Positions 37,261 to 49,050 of a stretch of 64,000 nt of DNA are shown here, one piece after another. A model generated the notes under the pieces. That model was not told where the DNA came from, made no database searches, and saw only the letters and a program-made list of their open reading frames with translations. The position numbers and the translations under genes were made by a program. The DNA is from Balanoglossus misakiensis. Taxonomy: Eukaryota > Animalia > Hemichordata. Location: positions 6,942,849 to 7,006,848 of the forward strand of contig CM082583.2 in the NCBI GenBank assembly GCA_040954595.2, given 5' to 3'. Each line of letters starts with the position of its first letter. Within the stretch, counting starts at the first letter, position 1.

Positions 37261-40200
37261 ACATTCCACTCTTGGGCAACACACCCCCTGCAAACATAGA
37301 CCAGTTGGTACATTCCAAGTATTTCAAATGGATTCTTCCACTTTTATTGAGAGTAAGGGGGGTAAATTGATCAATTTGAGTTGATGTTGTCTGTGTGGCA
37401 AAATATTAAAGCACACTTTTTTACACACTTTACACAAGAGTGCCAATTTAACAGACAACTTTGACTGCTTGTAAATGCCAGTCATATCACAATATAATTC
37501 CAATTTTAAGTCTTTCCGAAATTTATCATTTATAATGCATTGTGACTGTGATAAACAAGAGTACAAAGAAATGTGAATGAACACACAAAATTTTGTACTT
37601 TGTGCTTGTGACTAAAATTGAAAATTTAGAAATTGTGTGATTTTCAATGAAATACACAGTGCATCATTTTTATGCACTGTACCACTTGATTTTCCATCCA
37701 TCTAATTGAAAAGATCCTGAAATAACCATGCAGCACCTGTCTTTTATAGCCAGTGGTGGCAGCTTGGTATTCTTTAAAACTTCGAGAACATTGGCATTGT
37801 GCCAAAAAGATAATTTGGTTTTCAAAAAGCCGGTAAAGGTTGTTATCCTAATGATAAGATTGAATCATTTCTTTTTTGGGTATTTCAATTTGATACAAGT
37901 TTATACATGACATTTTTTCTCAGTGAATTTTTTGATATCGTTTTTGGTTTTCATAAAAATATCTTTAGGGAACTTTCATTCTTGCAACTGTATGCTATTA
38001 TTTTATTTAACGTCTATTATTTTTATGAGTTTAAACCCAAGTTTGAAATAAAAGTGAAGGCAAGAAATTATAGAAAGTAAAAAAGCAGGGAATGAATATT
38101 GGAAATTGTTTTCTGATCGTCAGCAAAGTCCAATTGATGTAGCTATTTTCGTATCATTTTAGAAACCATAAAATGAATTTTGCCATGTATTGGTGTATTA
38201 TTTTATAATTGATCCATATGGAAAAGGAGAAACATACTTGTATGTTTTTTCTTCCCCCCAAATTCAGTAACGATTCGTTATGTAGAAAGTGTGGAAAATT
38301 TTTCTACCAGAATGAAGGTAAATTTTTTTATTATGAAATTGAAAGATACAGAAATTTCTAAAGTAGAATTTCTTAACACATTCAAAATTCAGATGACAAT
38401 GAATAAATACATTCCTCACAATCAACTTTGTCCTTTTCTAAATGAAAGGAGAAAAATGTGCAGATTTTTTTGTACAATCATACTGTAAATAGGCTTAATG
38501 TAAAAGTCTATAAATATTGTAAAATAATTATTTATAAAATCTTATTTAATATCTGTTGTAATCTGTTGCACAGATATTTTCACAACATGTTTTTGCACGA
38601 TATGGAAATGAGAAATCAGTTTGACGTAATGTACTATCATGCCCACAGGAGACCCACCACAAAATACCTTTTGAAGTATGTGGATACCTAAAGGATTGAG
38701 AAAAATTGAAGGGTAAAAAACCATGTTGTGAAGAAATCTGTCAACTTAAATGTGTATTTTTATTTTTCTTGTTCACTGTTATTCAGCTGTACTCTTTGTA
38801 TATACACATACACGTTAATTTATGCTTTATTTTCTTATCTGATACAAGAACTGTACAAAATATTGAAACAGAAAAATTTCATTTGTGTAGATTTTCACTA
38901 GTCTTTTTTAAAGCCTACAAATGATCAAATTAATGATACATTTATTTATGTACTGAATGTTATTATTGGTTCATGAAAACATCTGTTCTAGAGGGAAACT
39001 AAATTTATGGTGATGTGGAGAATAAAGTAGAATTTTCCAGTGACATTTGTGTTGATTGATTCTGTGGGTTGGAGTTTGAGGTGGTTGAAACTGTCTGATT
39101 CGAATGTGCACCAAGCAATGTGGAGACATTTCAGACATCGTCCAACATTTGTTGTTCTCCCACTTGGATTCATTTGTTTTTATCATTCACTTGGAATAAA
39201 CGGAGTGGGGGCAAGGAACGAGGCCTGGAACGAGCCTGGCATGAAATTGGCGCAGAGAACACTGGGATTGAAATTTGCAGACGACGGGTTCCTGACTCGG
39301 AAGCAACAACAGATAGCGACGAGATGTATAAGGTATTTGTACTGATTCAACTAGTTTATCTGAACTTTTGGTTTGAAACTTGTATCCGAGTTTCATTTGT
39401 CAAGACGCTGGGCTGCCATCAGATCTCTCCGAGACGCAATATGTGTGTACATTTCTCGACGGTCTGAAACCATGCTGTCAACCTGAAATTGAAATTCACT
39501 TCCGGGTTCGAAGACAGTCCATAAATACCAAGCTTTACAGTAATTTGAAAGCGTCTGAGATTCATAGGGATCACCGTAAGTACTAGCATGTGATATTTTT
39601 GCCGAGGTCGTCTTGATATAGATGTGTTCACAGTTTCCAATGGTGAAAGAGAATGTGGTGTCACTGATTCGGCTGTTGCAACATTCAACAGGTATATTAT
39701 CAAAATTGCCAATGGGGGCGCTATTTGACGGACACAAGAAATCGTGCCAGTCACAGAATGAATGACCCTTGTTGTGATTCGGTTCAGGGTCAAAACTCCC
39801 TAACTGTGTAAAACCGACGACAATATAAAACACTAACACACAATATCAGTTTTATGCATATTTTAATGCCACAATTTATAAATATACAGAATCAGGCATT
39901 AGTGAAATTACACACTGGTCAAAATATTCCCCGGTTTTACATTGTAGATTCTAATACCATTCCAAACTTTCAAGTCTATTTATTTAAAATGTGGTTTGTT
40001 TCTGACCGAATAAAAATTAAATTCTGTTGAATGTCAAGCTTTACAGTAAGAATGCAGACACTGTGGATATAGGCCTCAATGGCTGCCACTGACAAAACTT
40101 TCAAACTCTGCTGCATTTGGAAAATTTTACAGCTTTCCTGTTTGTTTGTTTTTTGCTCTTGGTGTGGTGCATACACAAGCAGATGAATCAAACAACCAGC

Positions 40201-41288
40201 ATGCAACTGTTTTATGAATAACACAATAATGGACATGATGTATTAAAATTCTCAATTTGGCAGATGACACAAATTAACATCTCATGGTTTATTCTGAGAG
40301 GTCAAAACTATCCAAGATATCCCAAACCACTTCCTGTACTTGGTACATACATGAAACTGATACCTATCCCGTAAAGTATTTTTGTATGAGGGTGCTATGC
40401 GGTTTGCAAGTCTCGTTACACATCCACATGGACTGATGACAAATTGTAAATTATTAAAAAGAAATACATGTATTGGCAGCATCTGCTACAGCTAAGAAAC
40501 AACATGGATCAATTCACTGAATATAATAAAAAAAATTCAAACCTAAAATGTTACGAATGTTAAGGAAGGAAAACAATGTAAATATTTTCTTTGACAGGAT
40601 TCTTGACTTGAAATCCAACTTATATTCCCCTGCTATAGTTTTCCTTCAAATGAATGTTAAAACATCAGGTTACACCAAAAAAAATGGGACACAAAGTGTA
40701 CTTTTCTCCCCTTCCCACACTTAAAGAGAAATTGATCTCAACAAAATAAGTACAACTGACAAATCAGCACTTTGAAAATGCCTTTGCTCATCTTTACATG
40801 CTGATCATAAGAAAACAAAATGCAGTATTGAAACAAACATACATGTATTTCTCTGACAATTTCATTCTACCACACAACATCACGAACAAAACCCGGCATA
40901 CCATGATTTTCTTCATGTTAGTGTGCTCTAGGCAAAAAAAAAACAATGCAGAAAAGAACGTTCTTGATGTATCAAATAATATTTCAGGCCAAAAATCACC
41001 ATCCGACGTCAAATGTGTGCGGCAGCAGCTTTTTAGCGGTTGTGGTGGTGTGCAAACAAGCTGAATTCTCAACAAAAAATAGTTAACCACTTCTGTTATC
41101 TTTTTCAATTTATTCCGACCAGTTTTCAGTAATGGCGACTGTTATCCAACAGCCTCTGTAAAATTCTGTATATATAATATCATACTTCGTAGTGGGTAAA
41201 AACAAAAGTTCTTGGTAAATTTTTGGAGCTTGAAAGTATAATTACAATATTTTACAAAATTGAGACGCATGTATTGTCTTGTAGATTA

Positions 41289-44200
41289 TTATGATGCAGT
41301 CAAACCATCTAGAACTTTCTCTTGATTAACTCCATGTAAAAGCAACTGGTTTGTAATGTCTTCTTGTTTAAAGCCAAGCTCTTCAAACTGCCGTAGCATC
41401 TTCAGAAACTCTACAGCCTACAACATAAACAGATTTTTACATGTCAGATTAAAACACATTCATTTTTTCAGACTGTTCGCTAGTCCCCCGAAATACCCCT
41501 TTGATGGTCATATTAAAGGACTGGTAAACTTACCTGATTTTCATCATCAGAAAAGTTCACTGCATTTTCCACACGCTCTTCTCTATAGCCTTGTTCTACC
41601 AGTCTCTCTATTGCACATAGTGTGTCAATTACCTATGTATAATCCATGAAATGAAAAACTTTGTTAGACTGGACCCAGGTGTGATATTTTTACTCAGTAT
41701 GTCATTGTAATGACAATGCTGCTATGGTCACTCAGTACATGCAAATAGCTGGCATATGAATATAAAAATAATGATCGACAGACAACCCATGTAAATTGCC
41801 AAAGCATATGAACAGTATTTATTACCTGTTTGTCATCTTGGCCCAGTCTTTGAACAGCTCTGGCTGTCCTGTGTTGTGGGAAACCCATACCAGTAATCCT
41901 GTCAACAAACTGCTTTTCTCCAACACCCATACTGCCGTACGGATTGGGTAACCGGTTTTCAGTTGCACTGTAGGCTGGTGGAGCATCAGTATGATGGTGG
42001 TGGTGATATCCATGATGTGGTGGTGGTGGTAGAGGCGTGTATCTATTGAGAGACTATGATCATTCAAATCTGTGTTATTAGAATTATCATAACACCAAAT
42101 ACCTACCTGATATTAAAGGGACATAAGCTGTAACTTCTGCTTTTGGGCTATTGGAGGCTGAGAGATTGCCTAAATAATGTACAATGTAAATTATCAACTG
42201 TGTTGTTTGTGTAAAACAAGAAGCACTTCAAAACTGATTTCTGACATACACGTATACACTTGACATTAAACAAAAGCTTCCCAGCTCCAACTAATACATG
42301 TATTCAATGCAGCCATCCTCAACAGATGTTTTTGTATTTTCATCTGTCAGTTGAATATAATTTGAGGGTCATCTTTTGTATTTTTATCCAGAGGTTGCCA
42401 TCACATACCAGATGAACAGATCGTTGTTCAGCAGGAAGAAAACAAGGATGGAATAACCAACATTCAAGAGTAATAAATTTTCACTGCAAACAACATAAAG
42501 TACTGTGGGTTATGTTAGAAAACACAAACAAGATGAATAAAGTAAGTTCAGATAGTATTTCTTCGGAATTTTTCAGGCATCATGACTGACTCTGATCATT
42601 AACAATTACAATGTAGATATTGAGGCGTGCTTTGTGCACTGAGCAGGCAAGTTTTTCTATAATGTGCAAGTGTTACATCTGAACTTTCTGTCAAAAATAT
42701 AGCCTATGATATGTAAGAGATACATTGAGAAGAGGAAAGATAACATACACCAAGACCTTGGATAGATCATATCATACTACCTCTATATGTGAACTGTTTC
42801 TGAATTGCATTGGTATAAATTGCTTGTGGTAGTAGTGCATGAAAATTGCAGTATAAACTAGATGCAGTCTATACTCTATTTGTAACTTTTTGCAAAGAAA
42901 ATTAGAAGAGAAATTTTGACTAAAGCCAGAGAGAAAAGAAGACTTGGAAATGCAACAATTTCGAGCTGGAGAGAGATCGTTAGTTCACACATCGAAATCA
43001 CAGCAAATGTGTTAATTTCACATAAACATGTAAAAAGGTGTAAATTGGCAAACCATTCAATAATTTCACTTGAAAGATACAGCAAAATGAGTTGATTTCA
43101 AGGTATTTCACATCAAATTAAAATTCAGTGTTAATTTCACATTTTGAGTCGTTGAGATGTATTAATACCAAAGTGCTCAGAGAACAGTAAAATGAAGTAG
43201 ATATGATGGCAACCTAGGTGATGGTGACAGTTGACCAATCCAACCCACACGCACTATATCATGGTGACGGTGGGGTAATTCTTACCGAATCAGATGACAT
43301 TTCCTGATACGGAGGTGGGGGTGTTGCTGCTCGTGCTGGCACTGATGCAAAATCATTGGCTGCAGGGAATGAGTCTGGAAAGCTTGCATAATCATTAGGA
43401 TCACTGGAAAAGTTTACCTGTCTCGCAATATCGGGCATGGACGTGCTCCGGCTACTGTCACTTACAGAATTAAAGTCGCCATCGTCGTAGTTGACCGACG
43501 CGGGCCTCGTTGAATGAATTGGCGGAAGTGGAGTGCTCCGACTCAGAGGTCTAGCACTAGCATCGTAGTCCTGTGCTGAAGGTCCCGTGACTCTAGGTCT
43601 GGAGTACATCGGCGATGTGCTCGCAACCGGTCCATTGGGAACAGTATGCAGCACAGCAGTGTCATTGACCTGACCATTGGTTGGTCGATCCCGGCTGAAG
43701 GACACTTGTCCGCTTGATGCTTGGATTGAAACGGTCGACTCCACACTATCCGTCACAGGCTCGTGGTTCACAGAAACCCCGGAATTTCCATTCACTTGCA
43801 TGCCGTTGGAGTGGGCATTGGGATAGCTACTCTGCAGCACCCGACTCAGTTCCTCCATCTCGTTGATGCTCTTCAGTTCAGTGGCCTCGAACGGATCAGA
43901 GGCGGACACTTCAAAGTCGGCGATGTCTATGTGATGCGGCCTGCTGACGGCGGCATTGTTCTCTGAGTGTCTGGCCTGGTGAGTGGGAACTGGCTGCAGG
44001 ACTTCCGTGCTCATGTTAGCCACTACAGGCGCAATCTGCGGTCTCAGAACCTGCCCGTCAGTAGCACTAGCCAGAACATCCAGATCGCCCCGAACAGTTG
44101 TATTTGGAATTCCTAGCGATGCAACGTGTGCTTGTGCTTCCCGTCTGGCTTGCTTCTCAGCTTCCCGAGCAGCTTCTTCTCGCCTGCGTTCTTCTGCCCA

Positions 44201-44930
44201 TCTCAGAACTTCATTTTCCACAGTAAAATCGTACTGAAAGCAGAAAGCAAGTCAAAAAGTTAGAATTTTTTTTTAAAGTCCATCAATTGATAGCCAACAA
44301 AAAATTTCCTTTGTGCAGAAGGGGAGGCAGAAAATGGCATTACCCATATTATAGTTATGTCGTTGTTTCAAACTCTGATGTGAAGAGAATGAAACAATGT
44401 TCTGCTCACCGAGGGTCAATACCAAATGTGATTAGTAAGCAGTAATTTCCTACCAGCATCTCTGAACAAGATGCAGGTATGTGGTATAAATGGATCAACA
44501 TCAGTAGTGTTGTATAAAACAGCTGATCATATTAACTGTGCCATCATACCTCTTGACTGATCAATTCTGACGGATCTTTCTGGTGATAGTTGACTGGTAG
44601 TGCTACTCTTTTCGGCAGCTGAAACCTGTCTCCTATTCTGAATTCAACGCCATCCAAGTAGTTGATATAGGGCACTGCAGATAAAAACAACACAAGAATG
44701 AAACACGCACAAGGCTGTAACCCCAAAGTCTCGTCATACGTGTAAAACCACCAATGACAACAAGACAATGGGCAAAAACTATAGTACAGAAAAGGTGGGC
44801 ACTGCCATCTAAAAAATATGTCATTTCCTTATTTCACGTGTATTTAAATAAATCACAGAAACAATTCAAGTTTTTAAAAGGAAGGCTTACCACTAACAGT
44901 TCTTTCCAATTCTCTCCTTGAATATGCCAT
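41289..44930 (-). CDS. UBAP1: Ubiquitin-associated protein 1 (ESCRT-I subunit; N-terminal UMA domain, C-terminal SOUBA)
   Basis: ATG at 44930 (MAYSRRELERTVS). UMA: YLDGVEFRIGDRFQLPKRVALPV...SQE|YDFTVENEVLRW. Conserved IDIADFE..DPFEATELKSINEMEEL segment. UBA repeats ITGMGFPQHRTARAV, LVEQGYREERVENAV and FEELGFKQEDI. Stop at 41291-41289. Confidence 0.93.
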
Positions 44931-45929
44931 GTCTTATGGCATTGCACATACAACAGATCTTCACAAAATCAGTAATCCTGTAAGAGAAAGTGACCTAGGT
45001 CATGTACAAATTATGTAATTGTAACTATGTAAGTGTTTATTTCATTAAGAAGGGCTCATGCAAGATATCTAAAAACCGAATTCATCACCCTAGCAACAAT
45101 TAAAATCACCAGGACATTTGATGAAGCTACAGCGTCTGAACATGGCAACATAAAACCGTACATTTCGTCCTGCACACAATGGTCACTTTGCTTTGGTTAC
45201 CTTTTGCTGACCATGAGTCACCCTAGCATGCATAATTATATTTGTCAAGATTTCAGATCTTATAACCTATTCGAAAAATTGAAGTTTGCATGGTTTAATT
45301 GTAGACCATCACTACTCCACGGTCTATAATTTAATGTACAGTAATCTCATGTGGGCAGGTCCGGTATCCGGGTTGAGATATTACCAGGAACACTCACACT
45401 GTTCATCTGTTGTAACGTTATTCATTCTGTACTGTGTAAAAGTGTGGTATATCATTATCCATGCAGATTGGAATGGGTTTCGTCGTTTTATTTTATTCAC
45501 AATAGCAGCAATAGCTGGCTATTTTTAAAAGGTGACAAGAGTTCCAACAATGCAGTAGTGCTCAACAAACTCGTGCATATGTGTCATAGCAGCAAAAGTG
45601 TGAATTACGTCTTTATGGCATAACAATATTGCACTGTACTTGTGACGACACATTTTCATCATGGCGGTAAAAACTCCGCCCTCGTTTAAACTGTTTCCCT
45701 TGATTGTTCACCATGCTTTCTGACTGTTTGTTTCGATAATTACGGAGCTGAAAGAACATGTTTTCAGTCGCAAATCGACATCACTACATGTCAGATTACC
45801 GACGGCGACATTTGATGGTGCTGCAACTTGCAAGGAAAGGTGAACGTGTCGTCTACAACGTTTTAGTTATTTCAACACCTATACCTTTTGGGATACATGC
45901 ATACATTCTTATCGGAGTATGTGTTATTA

Positions 45930-46620
45930 CCTTTCAAAATGATCAAGTGGAGTCTCGAATTATCACGACAACTACGGTCCAAGACTGATTGCGGCGGATG
46001 CATCTTTCCAGCCACACAGACTGGCAGCCATCTTGGATCAATTCCGCAAGTCCGTGATTAGCATAAATGACGTCATTTACTTCGAGCCCAAAAAATCATT
46101 CTGCAGACGCCACACTCTGAAACAGTAAAACTGTTCTAAAGATGCATGAATACTTGAATTTCCTTAATCCTCCAAAATTGTTATAGTCAACGAGTTTTTC
46201 CTGTTTTGTTCGACATCACAGCAGTCTTACATATGCGAGACAGTGGTGGCGCACTTCAGTTCTGCTTTCAACGTAAAGCTGAGTGGCCCAGCCGTGAGCT
46301 CAGCTGGGCTTGTACTGTGCTAAAACATCCTCTCTCTCCTGAAATAAAGTTAGTTCATCAAAACATTTTATACCATTGATTCCTACTGAGATAACTCGAT
46401 TCTTGTGCTTCTTGCTAGTGCTACTAGAAGCGAATTTTGTGATCTAAATAAAGACGTAAACTCCGTTTGGTTGCACGTACACCGTCGTCCACCATCACCA
46501 TTTCCGGGTTTGGGTTTGTGAATGTTTACTGTGCGCATGCGGAGATAACCATGATACTAGCAATGTGTACAGGAATTCAGTATGTGACAAGATACAATAA
46601 TATTGTGTCCACTTCTTTTG
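45930..46620. promoter_or_regulatory. Bidirectional promoter shared by UBAP1 and the UMA-only gene
   Basis: Minus-strand donor at ~45930. YY1-type GCCATCTT at ~46028. CRE within a 16-bp palindrome TAAATGACGTCATTTA at 46064-46079. ETS-like TTCCGG at ~46502. NRF1-type TGCGCATGCG at 46532-46541. Confidence 0.6.
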
Positions 46621-46624
46621 CACA

Positions 46625-47600
46625 ATGAATAAACCGTACCACACATATCCTGGACAGGTGAAAAGTCAACAAGGTCAGTGACCTATTGTAATGGCAACCG
46701 CAGATCTTGTAAATGTTCATCTGTCATCATGTCAATTGTCCTGTTGATAGTTGATACAGGGAGTACACAGTTGGGCACAATAAATTACAGTTATTGAATT
46801 TTCCATGTTACTGTTTTCAGGTCAAGAGTATCCTGCCCCACAACCACTACTCAGACCATCGTCATCAATGGATTTGTCATCTTTAATCTTTCAAGGCATT
46901 GAGATGAAGATAGCAGATACACTTCTTACCCCAAAGGTAATGTGTGAAGTCAGTTTCTTTAGATATCTCAGATACATATCTGTTACAGCTGCACAGTTAT
47001 GTCATAACTCGTATTTCTTTCCTAACAATTTTTCTTATAGCTTTGTCAGAAGCAGTCTTGTATCTACATACGTCCCTAGAGTATGTTAGAGGTCGCTTCA
47101 CAATGTCATCCCGGACTCATTATATGTAATTTTCAATAATCGCATGGAATTTCTGTCTGTTTCAGGTAACATTACCAGTCAGTGTTCTAAGTACACCATT
47201 GCAACCAGACATGAGTCAATACCATGTAAGTAATTCATATAGAACTGATTCTTCATCGTGAAAGCTAGGACAATTGTGTTTTCAAAGTATGCCAGGTGTG
47301 CTGCCAGTTATAAGCAGACATCTCAAAACCCTGCATTGTACTTAACACGCTTAACCCTTTTGCCACCATGGTTCTGTCCAAACCCATTGCTTTCTATGGT
47401 AAGGTTGGACCTCTAAAGAAGGAACTGGGGTGAAAGGGTTAAGTTTGTGGATGGCATTTGTTCTGTCAAACTCATGGATATTTTTCATGTATGTGATTTT
47501 CCCATAAAAGATGTATTAATGTACACTGATCTTTTCTTTTTCACAGTATGATTTCAGTTTTGAGTACAGTGTCTTGGAATCACCCAGCAATGGCCTTTGA
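46625..47600 (+). CDS. 92-aa UMA (UBAP1-MVB12-associated) domain-only microprotein; 4 exons
   Basis: Exons 46625-46673, 46821-46936, 47166-47225 and 47547-47600, all GT-AG, phases 1,0,0. Protein: MNKPYHTYPGQVKSQQGQEYPAPQPLLRPSSSMDLSSLIFQGIEMKIADTLLTPKVTLPVSVLSTPLQPDMSQYHYDFSFEYSVLESPSNGL*. It aligns with the neighbouring UBAP1 UMA, including the YDFxxExxVL motif. Confidence 0.75.
47351..47442. mobile_element. TTAA-flanked MITE-like element, copy 2 (inverted relative to copy 1)
   Basis: TTAACCCTTT...AAAGGGTTAA. Internal CCATGGTTC, CCAAACCCATTG, CTATGG and AAGGTTGGACC match 2278-2370. It lies in intron 3 of the UMA-only gene. Confidence 0.75.
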
Positions 47601-48299
47601 ACTCCCCTTTCTTGCGATGATTTGGAATGAGCTTGAACTCTCCGAGTGGCAGATGACTGAAGAGGATGGAGTGGATCAAGGGTTTGAAGACACAGTACCT
47701 CCACTACAGTACATTTGTTTTAGCTCAGGAATGGTTCATGGTTTTATGGAATATTATGGGAGATAATTTAAAGTTTCAGTTGAACAATATATTCTTACTA
47801 CTGCATGTTTTTTTTAAAACTGAGTCATTTACTGGTATCAGTAATCAAGTTGTTGCAGTGAAAAAAAATATAATTTATATTTGTTAAAGATGTTTGACCA
47901 TTAGATTTGGTTTGTGTTTTTTTTTTACTTAATAAAAATGTTAAAGAAAGAAAACCTTAAAGTTATTCTGTATTTTCTTTTGCAATTTTGAGTCAAGCAT
48001 GCAAATAATCATGGTCAGTTCACCCACAAAAAAAGAATACATGTACACTTTAGACTTGACAATAAGGACTAATACCGCCCTCTATAAATACTCCACAAAA
48101 ACGTGGAGTGACTGAGCATGTGTTGCAAGTCTGACTGCCTGTGCATTACTCAATGTCAATTTACTGACCAAGACAGCCAACAATGCGAGGTTTGGTCTCA
48201 CTCCATTAGCTGTTGGCTTCCGTTCGATTGACGGTTCAGTTCAAGTGTAACTGTTAACCGCAAGCACACGAACGGTCTTTTGTTTACATTCTTTCACCA

Positions 48300-49050
48300 T
48301 GTAATCAGACTGCATATGTATGTATCATGGAGGGCGATCCCTGATGACGTCACCCTGTAGTAGTACGCAGACTCAGATACATATGATCCATTTTGAACTG
48401 ACAAGATCGACGTCGCTGTGTCATATACCTATTTGAAACGTCCCCGATATTTCTGCATTGGGAGGATCGCATTAATTCCAATTCATAACGGTAGGCAAAT
48501 GTAGTTAATTAAGATCGTATGCATGGTATGTACGCGTTCACATTCCACCCAGAATTATTCTGATTCATTCATATCAACGTGTTCGATCACTTGCTTGTTG
48601 CTGCGGCCATGGTCTGATACCGTGATGTAAATATTGCGGAATTGCGACGATCAAATTGTGGCCAAGTAAGTTTTCGACACGATTATTGATTCGGAACAAC
48701 AGTCATAACCGTGTGCCAACTTCAACCATGGGTTTATAGTACCCGATCGACGACCGACTGAACACAGGCAGTCGCGATCGTGTAGCTTGCAAATACAGGT
48801 AAACACCCAATGTGTAGTATTTTGGCATTCGTGGCTATGATACATCTGTTGTACAGTAAAATGTACAGAACATCGTAGAGTATATCATCCTTCGCGATGC
48901 TAAAACACGATTTTAGCGACTTTGTGATTCCCACAACACAGTCTCTTGGGCTGAGGAACGCTTGGATCTGTGTGCGTCGTTCGACTTGACAACCAACTGG
49001 TCGTCGGTCCAACGACACAGGCACAAGCAGAGTGACCTCATTCCAAACAC
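48300..49050 (+). promoter_or_regulatory. Probable CpG-rich promoter and non-coding first exon of the OTUD7 gene
   Basis: Local CpG enrichment, CRE TGACGTCA at 48345-48352, and plus-strand donor-like sites at ~48666 and ~48799. The first coding exon has an acceptor at ~51831. Confidence 0.4.

Noticed and set aside
39393-39839. 148-aa Cys/His-rich minus-strand ORF
   Set aside because: Non-ATG start, no recognisable domain and no coherent exon structure.
42112-42150. TTAAAGGGACATAAGCTGTAACTT, a possible DNA-transposon end (similar AGCTGTAACTT at ~51176)
   Set aside because: I could not identify a matching opposite terminus, so it is too weak to annotate.
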